A stretch of 64,000 nt of DNA from Octopus sinensis (taxonomy: Eukaryota). The stretch lies in the NCBI RefSeq assembly GCF_006345805.1, contig NC_043010.1, positions 45,384,001 to 45,448,000 on the forward strand, given 5' to 3'. Below, one piece after another: positions 10,655-24,511 of the stretch. Within the stretch, counting starts at the first letter, position 1. Every line of letters starts with the position of its first letter. Position numbers and translations under genes: made by a program. The notes under the pieces were generated by a model, which saw nothing but the letters and a program-made list of their open reading frames with translations, ran no database searches and was not told where the DNA came from.

Positions 10655-13600
10655 ATAATGTAATCCATGCAATATTAGTGCAAAATTGAGCAGATGATAC
10701 AAATTTAAGTGGTTATAAATGGCCAGTAACAAAGCTAATTCTTAAATTATACATAGACCAGGTGTTGATTTCTACCTTGTACATTGGTTTCTATTAACTC
10801 AGTGGCTAGATTTGCTTTAAATTCTAGACTACTGATCATGATGAAATTTTTACTACAACATTCTTGGCGAAGTATATTATACAACTTGCTTGTTCTTAGC
10901 TACAAGCCATAACAATGCTTTCATTTCAGTTAACTGGTTAGCACTAGGAAGGGCATCTAACTTGAAAGACCATATTGTTTTAGATATTCATCTTCAGATA
11001 GCTAAATTTTACAAAGTCCATCCCATCCATCTAAGGATCTATACATTGTGTTAGCACTGTTGATGTTTTTCATGCAGTTGACATTTCCAAATTATTTAAT
11101 TCCTTTCCCATGTTTAAATTGAAGTGGAAGCAATTTGGAGTTGACTTGGACCAAGATAAAGGTTCTCTTGTGTGAATTGAGAAGAGATTCATTGAAATGT
11201 TGTAACCTGAGCCAAGAGATTCTTTTGAAAATGAATATGAAAGCTATAAGGTAATAATTTTTTTAAGATGTTTACCATTTATCAAAATTTCAAGTAGGTA
11301 TACTTGATACATGCTCAGTTTCAATTCTTCGGATTCATTTAATCACTGATACCCTTGATGAAGGCTTGAATACAATACCTTAACTTCATATAAGTCTGTT
11401 CCATTTCTATTTAAGAATAAAAACCCCTTTATGTTGAAAGCAAATGTTATTTGACAAGTTGAGTTTAAGATGGAACATGTTTGCAAACATGAAAATAACA
11501 AAATTTCAGAATTCTCAACAGTTGCTGCATCATCTTCAAATGCTCCATTTTCATGTAATGTGTGAAGAACAAAGCAGCTTGACAAGAGCATAAGAAGTAA
11601 ATTGGTTTAGCCAGAAATCAAATTGAACCTGTGTTGTTGACTTTGTTTGCCAAAGGCTCTTGGTGCTCACACTGTATACAGCAAGTGTCAGTGAGAAATA
11701 GAATCTGCTTACATATCAGAAAAAGGGAAAAAGTGAAGGCTTCCCTCCTCTGATAAATGGAAAAATTAAGTCAGCATGTTTTGAGAATGGATAGTATCTA
11801 GTAAGTCAGTAAATACATAGACAGAATTAAGAAATTTGTGAAACTGTGACTAGCCAGTGTATGATGTAGATCTGACAGATCAAAAGAAGTAGGTGAGATA
11901 TACTGATTTGTTTTAGTATCATCTTGATGTGTGAGAACTGGAGATAGTTTTTAGTAACCAAAATAGTTTTTTAAAGGGATTGACAAAAATTCAGGTTTAT
12001 TTATTATCTGTTTCCCTTTTAGAATTATGGTTTCACTGATAAAGCTCTTTCTTAACTATAAAATCCCTTACTGAGCACATGAGATTATGTATGTAATGCT
12101 CAAGTACTCAGTAAAAAAAAAAACCAAAAGGGTTAATGTGCTACAATTGTTATAAGAATTGCATAGTACTTATGCTCTCCCTTGCACTTTTAGGTGATAT
12201 GCTCAGATACACATTCACACATGGACACAATGCCTTGCCTTATATTTCCAATTCAAATCCCATGTAATTGATAAAATGAATACCAGTCATGATCTGATGT
12301 CGACTAAGTTGGCGAAATGTCTACCCTACAAGTCTGTGATCTTGTGCTGATACAAGAAACCATTATCTGATCAATTTGGCTTCCTAATGGTGTTAATTCT
12401 TCATCTTTTATCCTAAGAAAAATAGTTTCCATTACAATATGCACTTTTGTTCATTTTCTTACTAAATATACGTCTTCTTTTGAATGGGGTTTTCTAGGAG
12501 CAATGAAAGAGTTGTTTATTGTAGCAGCTAAATTTTCTCCATGCTCTCCAATATCTCTTTGAAATGAGATCCCATATTTTAAAAGTTTCAGACATGTTCT
12601 GAATATAGGATGATCATAGTAGGAAATATCAAGCTTATATATAGACACCTGTAATATGACTGTTGTAAACCACTTACCTATTAAAATCTGCAGGTAACTT
12701 TCTATCTTATTGTCTACTCAGTCACCTTGAAAATAAAAACTCATAGCCACTGAATAGAAGAAAACCTTTTCAAGAACTGTAGCTTTATATTACATAATTA
12801 ACCACTTCTTTTTATAATACATATTATAAACAAACAATGACATCCATATGTAAAGTAAAATAGTTGAACATCAAATGTCTATTTTCTTCCTGAATATTTG
12901 CAATCAGCTGTTTTTATTAATGGATGATTTGCTCCATTAATTTCAAAGAACAATGAAAATGGGGTTGTGATATTTTTTTTATGTATAATCTATAAACAGT
13001 GAAATATTTGAAAGTGATACAAAACTAAGAACATGAAACCATATTCTTTACTTATCCTTATCTGTCTCTTAATTTTTTTTTAATGCCCTGTAATCCTTCA
13101 GCTTTCAAGTTTGACTATAGTCAGATAATACAAGTACAAAGAGTGAAGAATAATGCTACAACTGGAAATCAAACCAGTGACTTTATGGTTCTTGTATGTT
13201 TTAGTGTCCAAATTTCATTTTGGCCAACTTGATATTTGATATCTTTACATCAGTTATTTCTGTTACCTTAGTGGTTTTATCCATTAAAACAGGTCATCCC
13301 ATTTTCCTATAATTAAAATTTTCTTTTCAAAGGTATCAGATGCTAAGATTTTTATCTATTACTGAATCTGTTAATGCATCTCTAAAGTCTGTGGATACAT
13401 ACATCATCTAGTGTCTGTTGATTAGAGAACACATTACACATACCTGTTCAGTGTTCTGCGAATCTAAGCTTCTACACCTGGAAAGTTCCCCTCTAAAGTG
13501 CGGCACTGGTAAAGGTTTTCTTCATTTTTTTTTTTATGGAACACCATGAGGTGTCCATGCATGTATGTCTCTTCTCTTCATGCCACTGATGCTGTCGAGA

Positions 13601-15759
13601 AATAGGCAAGGGCCAGTACAACTTCCTAGAAATGCCAAATCAGATATTACCATCAGAATGCTAAGAGATGGAACATGTACTGCAAGGCGTCTCCTAGAGC
13701 TCTAACAATTTTACCAATCTGCTTCTCTGAACTGCTATTTTATTTATCAACTTTAAGTGGCTGAAAGGTAAAGTCGATCTGGGTGGGATTTGAACACACA
13801 GACGATGATAGGGTTCACAATCATCCAGGAGTTAGCTGTCCAATATTTAGATATCTGCTCTGCTATTTCATTTCTGTACTGTCCATCCAATCAGTCTAAA
13901 TATAACACTGGTGTATCATCTATCTTGCTTTGCTTTTCTTCATGAATGAAAAAAAAAAGGAAAGACAGTGTTCCTATCTTATCTATACATGATACAATGG
14001 TTACTTCAATAAAACTTTATGGAGAGAGTATTGTTAATAATCTGAAAGTCTTGAAGGAACCATTTTTGTTACCATTAGTTTTTTTTAAATAAATATGTGA
14101 CTAAGAAACAAAATTTAAAATTTTATTTTATGAAACTTAACTAATTCTGGTTCAGATTTAATTTTAGTCTTAATTTTATTTTTTAGTTTGGTAGATGCAC
14201 CCCACTTTTTTTTTTTTTTTTTTTTTCTGGATAGTGTTTTCAAATAACAAATATCAGTGGAGTATCTATTCTTCACTCTTTTCTGTTCGCCTGTAGCTGC
14301 TGTTCATGTTATCCTCAAATTCCCTTCTTTGTCTCTTTGTCTTTTATATGCAAATTTTTTGAAGACTGATATCCACCTAAAAACTACTGATATATGAAAA
14401 ACACATTTTCACCTGCCTTCCTTGAAATCCTCATTAATTCTAGATCAGAGTTTGCAAATGGATTCTTAGAGATGATGTTTAAATTTGCATTTTTGATCAG
14501 AAATCAAATATGATGTTGATTATTTTATGCAAGTCCTTGAATCGGATGCTGAAAATAAATAAGACTAATAATTCTCTCCCTCTCTCTCTCATCAAATGTA
14601 CATGGTATATCAAGAAAGAAAATGTTATTATTTTGCATTGCTCTGTTCTGTACTGTAAACGTTCCAAATTTCTTGAACACTCATGAAAAAATATTTTGTT
14701 TAATTTGTTCTGTTAAATGTCACTGTGGTTGTAGATTTGGATTAAGTTTATTTGTCAAAAAGGAAAAAAAAAAAAATAATGAATAAAATATCCCCTCTTT
14801 ATATTTGAACTTATTTTAAGCTATTTATGAATTCCTGTTTAACTTAAATTTGAAATATAGTATTATTAATCCATCCTATCTTAACACAATTTACTTGTAA
14901 ATTATTCTTCAAAAGCAAACAAATAACAAAAAGAAAGGAAGAAGATTTTAAGTTGGCTTCTATTTTAGAAGAGGAATTCTAGTTAAAAATGCATTGCATA
15001 AAGAGAAAGAAGACAGGAATGTGGCAGCCATGATGATGTTCCATAGCACGAAATCAGGGATAAAAATAGTCGTGCTTTGGGTGCCTTGTTTCTATTCTAT
15101 CCTCTTCTTATCCATTCTAGATTGGTGCGCTCAAAAGTAAATAGATATAAAGAAACTTATTTTGTTTACATTGCATTATTTCAGCATTGTGAGTTGTAAT
15201 TGGCAGAAAAAGTAGAGGTGCTTGACTGCTTTAAAGAATTTAGTCCTGTACCTCTACATTCTGAATTCAAATCCTACCCAAGACTGATGAAATAAGTACC
15301 AACAGTATACAGCAGTTGATTCAGTTTGCTGTATTTTCCTCTTTTGCAAAAAAAAAAAAAAAATTCTCTTGTGAGACAAAACTTATTTGATCAAATGAAG
15401 GTTATGGATTTAAATTATTTTATTTTCAATTAAAATAACAGCAAATGTTAAATTTCTCTCACTCACACATGCAGACATACATTTTAAAATAATTTTAAGA
15501 ATGAAAGTGTCTACATTAAGATTTATTTTAATTTTTTTTTTCTTAAGCAAGTGTGAAGGCTTGTAAAATATTAATTTCTGGAAACCAGTATAGAGAATGT
15601 TTTTCTCCTCATATCATTGATGTCTCTTGTTTTTTGATCATTCATGTTTTGTTTTCTATTTTATTTTCTCTATTGTCCATGTCTTTCCACTTTTTTATAT
15701 TGTCTTCACTTTTTATGCCTTCTATTTAATTCATTTCATCAAGCACACTACCCTGTACA

Positions 15760-15826
15760 CAAACACACACATATACATGTATATACACATACATATATAC
15801 ACACACACACATATACATATATATAT

Positions 15827-15921
<95 letters not shown>

Positions 15922-15985
15922 TAGACACTCTCACACACACACATACCTATAAATATATATGTATGTGTATATATATATATATATG
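15760..15985. repeat. (CA)n/(TA)n microsatellite
   Basis: Direct inspection. Confidence 0.95.
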
Positions 15986-18900
15986 TCTGCCTGTCCAGAA
16001 ATCAGTTAGTACAATCTTAGATATTAAAAGAGGATATATATTATTTATTAATTACCATTATTTTACCAATCATCCCCTCCCTACAAAAAAACAACAACAA
16101 AAAACAAACAAAAGCAGACATTGCTGAGTAAATTGTGCTGTTATTCAACCAATCTTGTCTGCGCTTGAAACCAGTCGGATGTCAGTATAGCCGAATGAAA
16201 AGATATTTATTTGGCTCATACATACAAAGTAGGGTTCTGTCATGGATTGTTGCTTTAAAGTTGACTCTACCCCCTGTTTAGTGACCATCTGTGATGTGAA
16301 TCTGAAGTGTTAGAGAAACAAATTCATTACAACTCAAGCCTTAGCTTCCAACCTTCATGTAGTCATAGAATATCAAACTTCTAAAAGATTATAAGTACAT
16401 CCTATTTTATGAATGGAAATTATTTAAAACAAACAAACAAAAAAAAATTAATAATAAAGAAAAGAAAACTGATAAATAAATAAATAAATTCCTGCAATAT
16501 TTTTATGTCATTTTTTTTTTAATTTTCTTTTTTTCATTGATTTATATAAAATTCTTCACAATATAATTGAGAAAGTTAATATATTGTCAATGAGTAAAAG
16601 CTTAAACTTTTTGTAAAAAGTGAAATATGAATTGCTTCCTTTGCACCAATCTTGATCCTCATCCTAAACTAAAGCTTCTACATTCACCATATCACCATAT
16701 AGATTGTTTTCTAGCTGATTTGTTGTTTAACCACACTTTCTGTATTGTTTCTTTATATATGTATATTTAATTTTAATTCCCCATTTAAAATAAATCCAGA
16801 AACTCAGGTTGTGCCACTTGCTTGTCATCTAAAAGCTGCTTCAATATTACTAACCTTAAATTCCTCTGTATAATTAATAAGAAGGATCAGTGTTGTTTAT
16901 AAAACTTATGGTCCACTTCTGAAAGAACTGCTTAATGCCGTATGATGGTTCAAAATTCAGATTAACATTGTTACACCATGAAACATTAGTAATTCCTACC
17001 TACTATTTTAATCTTAATTTTTTTTAATCACTAGAAGAAAGATGTGTTTTGTTTGAGAAATGATTTCTCCATTACAAAAAAAAATATATTTCCATTGATA
17101 TTTGGCTGGAAACAAAAAAACTCAAATTCAGAAGCTCAGAGTTGTCAATTCAATGTTTGTCTTAAATTGTATGAATGCATTTAGCACCCCACAAAAAATA
17201 TGACTGTGTACAAAATTATATCTCTATTTTCAATATTGGGGAAACTTTCTTTCAATATGAATGGACTTATCCTTGCCCCTAAATGAATTTTTTTTTAAAT
17301 TTTGTTTTTAGATTTTTTTTTTTTCCTCAAAAAAGGGAATCTCACTCTCTTCCCTGTTTCCCTTACTCTCTACATGACCTAAACTTGAAGAATTGAGTAG
17401 GTGGGATATGTATATAAAGTGATATTTTATGATAATGTTCTTATAAGAAAGAAAGAAAGAACAATATATAATAATTTCAAAATACTAAATAATTTTACAA
17501 ATTTTAAGTTTCAAGCCCCTCGTGTGGCAAAAAAAGAAAAAAAGAAGTTAACTGTAATTTTAATTATCTTCCCTTATAATCACTCAGTATTTCATTTGTT
17601 GTTAATAATCTGAATAGATTATTTATCCTGTGAAACCAACAACAACAAAAATGACATCTAATCATCTCTATTTATGTTCTAAGAACATCTCATAACAATC
17701 TGATCATTCTGTTTCTTGTTCTTACACTACCCCTTTTTTTTTTTATCATTTCTGCATTTTTCCGTGTTTTTTTTTCTTTGCTGGCTCCTATCTGTAATAA
17801 GAATGTTCAACAAATATTTTGTTAGTTTTTAATTTTTTTTCAGTCATTATTTAATCCCTTATCCCCTTTTCTTTTTTTTATTTTTACCCTCACTGTTTCC
17901 ATTTTCAAGTTTGTATTTGAAGTGAAGTCTCATCAACAAACTGTTCACTCCCTTCCTCTTTTTCTCTGCCACTTTTTATGAGAAGAAAATTGATATAATT
18001 CCATGAATTTCAATCTTTCAATCCATTTTTTGTACACTTCAGCCATAATTAGTCACTATAGGTCATCATATTCTAATGCTTTATGGCTGTCCCTGTTTCT
18101 GTTAGTGCCTCTTTTATCTTTGTCTTGTGTTTAGATGTCCTATTTGCTGGTGTGATAGATTCACTTTAATGACAGTCACCTAATTCTGTATTGGAATGTA
18201 TTCTGACAGAAACCTGTTAGAGAATATTAAATGTATTCTGGAGAACAAATTTATATATGTTAAAGCTTTTTTTTAATATATATCTCTTTAAATGTATGTA
18301 TGTTTGCATGGCTGTGTGTTAACGAGGGTTTTAAGTACCCAATGTGTAATTAGTTATAACTACACACAGACAAAAGAAGAAATATTTGAATATTTATTTG
18401 TATTAAATGGAGAAAAAATACACACACACACACATATATATATAATTTATATATATATAATTTATATATATATATGTATATATATATTATATATATATAT
18501 TCTTTTTTCAATATTTGACAAAGGAAAACAGATTCCATTCTGAACGGTTTGTTATTTGGGTCTTACTTTAAATAGAAATAAATGTATTTTGTTTCAAAAT
18601 GGTTTATATTTATTCCCTGCACTTCCCACCCATCTGTGTGCTCTTCTATCTAACATTCATTTCAATAAATCTTGTTTTGTAACTCTACTAAACATTACAG
18701 GTTTTAAGGAATAAAATATAAAAATATGATATTTTAAAAAAAAAGTTAATCTTCCAGTTTGATGGATAGTTTTAGAAATTAATTGCAACGATATATGGAT
18801 AATCTTGATTTCTTTCTCTCTCCTCTCTTTTTGCACAATTTTTTTGCTTTTGAAATGTTTGTCTAGTCTAACGAATGAAAAGCTCTTGAACACCCAACAA

Positions 18901-19124
18901 AAACATTGGTTGTTATCTCTAAACAAGACACTCCTCTTCCTCATTAACACATTAGCAATCTATACAAATATTCTGCTCGAAAAGAATGCTTTATTTTACA
19001 CATCGTCTTGTTAATTTAATTTCATTTTATTTATTAATTTTTTGTCTTGCATTGGTATTATGTGGTGAAAGAACTTCACCTAACAACTGTGCAAAGCTTT
19101 CTTATAAATTTTAATCCTTTATAG

Positions 19125-19478
19125 GTGCAAGCATTGCTGACTGTTTAAGAAGTTCACTAAGCAACCACATGATTCTAAGTTCAGTTTCCCTGAGCTGTCA
19201 CCTTTTGCAGTGTCTTCCATAGCCTCAGGTTGACCAATATACTTTGTGTTGAATGTGGTGGACAGAAACTTCAGAAGCCCATCTTATTTGTATGTGTCTA
19301 TGTATGGCACGATACTACCAGCTAAAATACCACTGTTGTAACAAAAGCAACTTGGCCAATTGGTAAAGTAGACATCAAAAATAAGTACTGGATTCAACGA
19401 CGATTGACTGCAGTTCTTGAAAGGTGATACACTTCAACATGGCTATGGTGCAGTAACTGAAACTAACGAAAGGAAATG
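19125..19478 (+). mobile_element. Decayed tRNA-derived SINE (family A)
   Basis: Degenerate match to the family A head and to its tail (...cagtaactgaaactaacgaaagg). Confidence 0.6.
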
Positions 19479-19716
19479 ATACATATGAAAATTTTCTCTT
19501 TATTTTTGATGGGGAAAGTTGGATTCTCTGTTCTTCGTTTTGAAGTTTTAGATGATTTAAATTATCATGTTTCTTTGAATATGGTTGGGATTTGTACGAT
19601 GTTCAATAATTGCCATATCCAATCTTTCTCTGTGAAACAAATCAGTGTTGTATGGTAACTGTAGAGATAAACTCTATTATTTACTAAATCTATTTTACTA
19701 AATACCTTACCAATCT

Positions 19717-19932
19717 TTAAACCTTTTAGCATTTAAACCAGCCATATCTGGCCAAAATATTTTACCTGCTTTTATGTTCATATTAGCTAAATCTAGCCTA
19801 TATTGTCAGTCTAAAAATGAACAATCACAATTATTAAAATCTCAAATTCACAAGATAATGCATGATTAATTCAAAACAATGTGAATATATAAGCATTACA
19901 TTTTACAGAGTAATGTGAATGCTAAAGGGTTA
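19717..19932. mobile_element. piggyBac-type MITE, family 1
   Basis: Homologous to 1212-1439, with termini ttaaaccttttagc ... gctaaagggttag. Confidence 0.75.
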
Positions 19933-21956
19933 GATGAAAATTTTGATAACTTTAAAGATACCACATTTAGTTACAAGATTTCAAAATGTTATCTTGCACT
20001 TGGTTCATTTGTTAAAGACGATGTTCTCAATTGTCCTTTTTGTAATTTACCCCATTCATTAGGTAATAACTAAATATATAATCTGTTCTGCAATGTTTTG
20101 AAACACTGCATTCTTGTCACCAAACGATTGCTCCATTCGTTGCTTACGCTAAATCCTGAAAAAAAAAAGTAATTTGAAACCCTTTTAAAATTTGATAATC
20201 ACACTTTTCCAAGAAAAATGTAGCTTACTGGCTAAATAGAAAATGGCTCAGACTTCATTACTTGAGCTCCATTTGCATCCTTGGTTAAGACACTTGACCT
20301 TCCATGATTCAGTCTCCTAAGTAGTGAAGTTCATGAATTTTGGATAATTTTACATTGCATCAGAGGAGGGATCTGATGTTTTAGGACTGACTTTCCATCC
20401 CAAACAAAGAAATTTCTCAACTCAGATGAAGGATCTGATTTTTTTTTTTTTTTTTTTTTTTTGCCTTGATAGCGGCAGAAATTATCTAAACTCAAGACAC
20501 TGTATAATTTTTGCTGACAAAGACCACCAACAGTTTCTGAATCTACTGTGTTTTACATATAGATAGATATCTATAGTTTGTAGTAGTGATTCTGTTTGTG
20601 TTCATAAGCAGCAGGAATACTGTGTAATTGACTCTACTCAGCTGAGATTAAATCTCCCATGAAGAAAGCCTGCTGATGAAGTAATGACTTAACTGGGAAA
20701 CAGTGGATTAAAAAAACGGGAAAGAAAAAAGCATCACATAAGTTTATAGAAAAGAGTCTGATTTCCTTTTGGTATACGTCTAAACTTATTTATTTAAACT
20801 GCAGTATTGCACCTGATATTACCTTTTCCATGTTTTATTCATGTGGATCACTGATACAGCAGCTAACATTTTTATTGGTCAGGTTTCATAATATTAAGTT
20901 ATGAATTTTACAATGGCTCCATATACCAGTGAGGTACTATAATTGTGTCCTTGCACATCGATCAATTCTATATTATCTTTATTTTTCACAAACAAAATTC
21001 GCTATTCTAAAACATCTCCCTCTCGAAGAAATGTTTGTAATCTTGCTATATGAGCTTACTTTTTCATTCCTTATATTTTTATTTTCTGTAGCTTTTTACC
21101 GTGACATCTAAAGCCATGCTGGAGCAATACTATCATTTATAACTAAATTGTTGGTTTCTTAAATTTACAGTTACTACCTATAGATAGATTTAAATCAGTA
21201 ATGGAAACAAAATTGGATAAATGGTGATGTGGTGGGGTTTTAAGATCTTAATAGTCCTGAGTTGTTTAAATCTGAAATATATGAACATTTGTACTCCGGT
21301 ACTGTTATAGATCTGTGGACAAGACATTTAACTTCTTAGTTTAAGTCATTTAGCTGGAAATATTTCATGTGTAAGTATAACATTATAATTAACCACTGCA
21401 CTTTCTGCAATAGATATTGAAATTAGCAGGATCCCTATTCCTTGAGCTTCAAAGGTATAGAGAAAAGATAAGAGGAAAGCAAATTTGGAAGCCAAATATA
21501 AGGTACACTTTCTCATCCTGTATCACTCTTGGTTTATTAATTTTAATATTTTCATTTGCAAATGAAAGGAAAAGTAAGTTTTAATACTTCTACATGATTA
21601 CTTTACCTGCAAGAAATAGCAGTCAAGTTTCTATTACATGCTAAGTTTTGGAAAGAGGAAGGACATGCAATAATATGGTTCTTCAGACAGCCTGGAAAGA
21701 AAAGAAAAGAAAAGACTGGATGATCTCATCTGGAATGCCTTTAAGCTAAACAATAGCAAATGTGTTAATTATGCATTCTTCTCAACAGATGATTATAAAG
21801 ACTCCTAGTAAGTCAGTGGTATAACTTTTCACTTCGTCTATTCTAGTTAATGTAAGATGGCTTCACTAACCTCACCAGGCTCTAACTACAGAGCTGAGCT
21901 TGGCACTATAAGCTAACAAAACTGTTTATTGTACTTACTAGTACTGATCTCTAATT

Positions 21957-22363
21957 GTGGAGGGAACGTATGGAAGGGGTAGACCCAGGAAGACATGGAA
22001 CAAAGTGCTGAGAAAGGATCTTCAGATGTTGGGCCTCACAGAGGGGATGACTGGACAGATTTCTGATGGTTTGCTGTACTGTAGAAGACTCGTCAAGCTA
22101 AGTAAAATCATGGTTGTCATTACATACAGGCATGTTCCCTACATCCCTTTGCAGCTGAGCGATCCTAATTTTGCAGGCTCATGGGTGCTGGTGCCATGTA
22201 GAAAGCATCCGTGCTGGTGCTACATAAAAGCACCTAGTATGCTCTATAGAAAGGTTGGCATTATGAAAGGTATCAAGCTGTAGAAAACAGACATGGAGTC
22301 CAGGCAGCTTCTGTCAAATTCTAACCCATGCTAGTATGGAAAAACAGACGTTAAATGATGATG
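21957..22363 (+). mobile_element. RTE-clade LINE 3' end (ORF2 C-terminus plus 3' UTR)
   Basis: Encodes EGTYGRGRPRKTWNKVLRKDLQMLGLTEGM, matching the RTE C-terminal GRPRKTW motif. The catgctagtatgga...ttaaatgatgat tail follows. Confidence 0.85.
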
Positions 22364-23025
22364 TTTATTGTACTACTAGTTTATCAGGTTGTTTTTACAT
22401 ATGACTAGGTTGATTTGGCCATTTAGATTAAAATGCCTTTTTCATGGGCATCATGTGGTGCAAAATGTTTTGGTAGTTCAGTGTTGCTTGATAACCTATT
22501 AACTTGGTTATCTGCACACTGAATTACATAAATACTATATCTGTTAGCAAGTTTTTGGGTAGTACTACTTACCCATAGTTCTTTCATATACTGTAAAACT
22601 ACATAAAATAATTTATGATTGGCCTGGTCAGCTCTTTTGAAACAGATGCATAATCTAAGTAGCTAACCAAATATTTGGGAGTAGCTTGTCAATCATGTAC
22701 TATGTTTCATCCAAAGAAGACTTCTGTATATTACTTGCTTGACAATTTCAACGTTGCAGTCAAACCTTTCTCTAGCACCTAGTTAGAAACTGAAGCAAGC
22801 AAAAATCTCACAAGGCATGATGGACAGAATTATTTCAGGTAGAAAACTAATCAGATGATTCAAGAAAACAAATCTGTACTGATTGATTGCTGTTAAAAGA
22901 AATGGAAAGCAATAAGATGTATCAACCTGACATTCGACAACCAAAGCATACCATACACAGAAGATGAAAATAGAAGCTACATACAACTCCTCCAGAACAT
23001 TTCCAACATGTAGAAGGCACAAAGT

Positions 23026-23290
23026 GGAGGTGCAATGGCCCAGTGGTTAGGGCAGTGGACTCGTGGTTTCGATTCCCAGACCGGGCGTTGTGTGTGTTTA
23101 TTGAGCGAAAAAAGCTCCATGAAGCTCTGGCAGGGTGGGGGCGACCCCTGTTGTACTCTTCTGCCCCAACTTTCTCTCACTCTTCCTGTTTCTTGAGTAA
23201 CGCTGCGATGGACTGGTGTCACGTCCAGCTGAGAGGAACACATACACCATAGAAACCGGGCCCATGAGCCTGGGTAGGCTTGAAAAAGGC
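23026..23290 (+). mobile_element. tRNA-derived SINE (family B)
   Basis: A-box-like ggcccagtggttagg and B-box-like ggtttcgattccc. Related copies lie at 27900 and 31146. Confidence 0.85.
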
Positions 23291-23399
23291 ACATAAATAA
23301 ATAAGAAGGCACAATAAAGCAAAACAACATGAGCAGTAACAAGTGGGAAGAAATAATAACATGCAAACAATTCATTTGATTTATCATAAACTATGCCAT

Positions 23400-24030
23400 A
23401 TCAAACCTGACCCCCCTGCTCTCACCACAATATATAGAGACAACATAAAATTATACACTACAGATAAGTATATAGACCACTAGCACTATGAAACAAAAAA
23501 TTCTAATGAAAACCAGGCAGTCCCTCACAGATCACTGTTTTCACCAAACTTTGCCCTCCACATTCCTTGTTACTGCATGGAAAATTACCTCCAAATATGC
23601 CAGAACACTACATCATCAGGAAAATATCTTTCCCATTCAGTCCGGATAAACATAAAGTACAAACACGCACAGAAATAAGTACATCAATAACCTTCATACA
23701 CCTACTGCAGGGATGCGCACACCATCACCAGATATAGAGAAACTGCAATTATCATACTATAGCCAAATCTACCTTACCTGCCTCCATTGTAGCCACCACC
23801 AGTCTGGGCAAATGGAGGATAGTAGGTCATGGTGAAAGTACAGTGTGCCTAAGCTGTCCTGCTATTGCCCAGAGGATTCATCATAAACAGCATGGCCCTC
23901 AGCTAGGAAGGTAAATCTGTTACACCCTATTGCTTGACTAACTGTATATCATAGGATCACACTTGTAAGTATGACCTAGAATTCAGTGTTTGCTGTAATT
24001 TAGAGAGAAGTGAATGTGTGTCATTGATGT
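23400..24030 (+). mobile_element. Highly decayed Penelope-like element (linker and GIY-YIG region)
   Basis: One frame reads YSQIYLTCLHCSHHQSGQ, resembling the PLE GIY-YIG start (IY-I-C--C---Y-G-T). The 3' part shares gtatgacctag with the 61.7 kb element. Confidence 0.45.
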
Positions 24031-24032
24031 CA

Positions 24033-24511
24033 AAGCTTGGCCTTTCTAGAATTTTTGATGATGTACATAGGAAGGTGATAGGTCTGAATGATTTTACTTC
24101 GCTTGAGATTTATTGGACTTTGGAATTAAGCTGGGCCTTTCTAGAATTTTTGATGATGTACATAGGAAGGTGATGGGTCTGAATGATTTTACTTCACTTG
24201 AGATTTATTGGACTTTGGAATTAAGCTGGACCTTTCTAGAATTTTTGATGATGTACATAGGAAGGTGATGGGTCTGAATGATTTTACTTCACTTTGAGAT
24301 TTATTGGACTTTAGAATTAAGCTTGGCTTTTCTAGAATTTTTGATGATGTACATAGGAAGGTGATGGGTCTGAATGATTTTACTTCACTTGAGATTTATT
24401 GGACTTTGGAATTAAGCTTGGCTTTTCTAGAATTTTTGATGATGTACATAGGAAGGTGACAGGTCTGAATGATTTTACTTCACTTTGAGATTTATTGGAC
24501 TTTGGAATTAA
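24033..24511. repeat. Tandem repeat, 5 x 95-96 bp
   Basis: Units start at 24033, 24128, 24223, 24319 and 24414 and differ by only a few substitutions or 1-nt indels. Confidence 0.97.

Noticed and set aside
11078-13193. Plus-strand pseudo-exons (11078-11250, 12498-12693, 13102-13193) as a decayed gene
   Set aside because: The first two carry stops at about random frequency, and any stop can be explained by C->T. The phases do not join, and T-rich DNA produces many acceptor-like sites. The 13102-13193 segment is open but unsupported.
20670-20712. CTGATGA...GAAAC as a hammerhead
   Set aside because: Helix II does not close next to GAAA, and there is no helix I or palindromic helix III.
23026-23100. 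tRNA genes here and at other A-box/B-box matches
   Set aside because: They continue into SINE bodies and do not fold into complete cloverleaves.
24033-24511. CRISPR array, or a hammerhead tandem (CTGAATGA in each unit)
   Set aside because: The context is eukaryotic and there are no unique spacers. There is no GAAA, helix II or helix I for a ribozyme.
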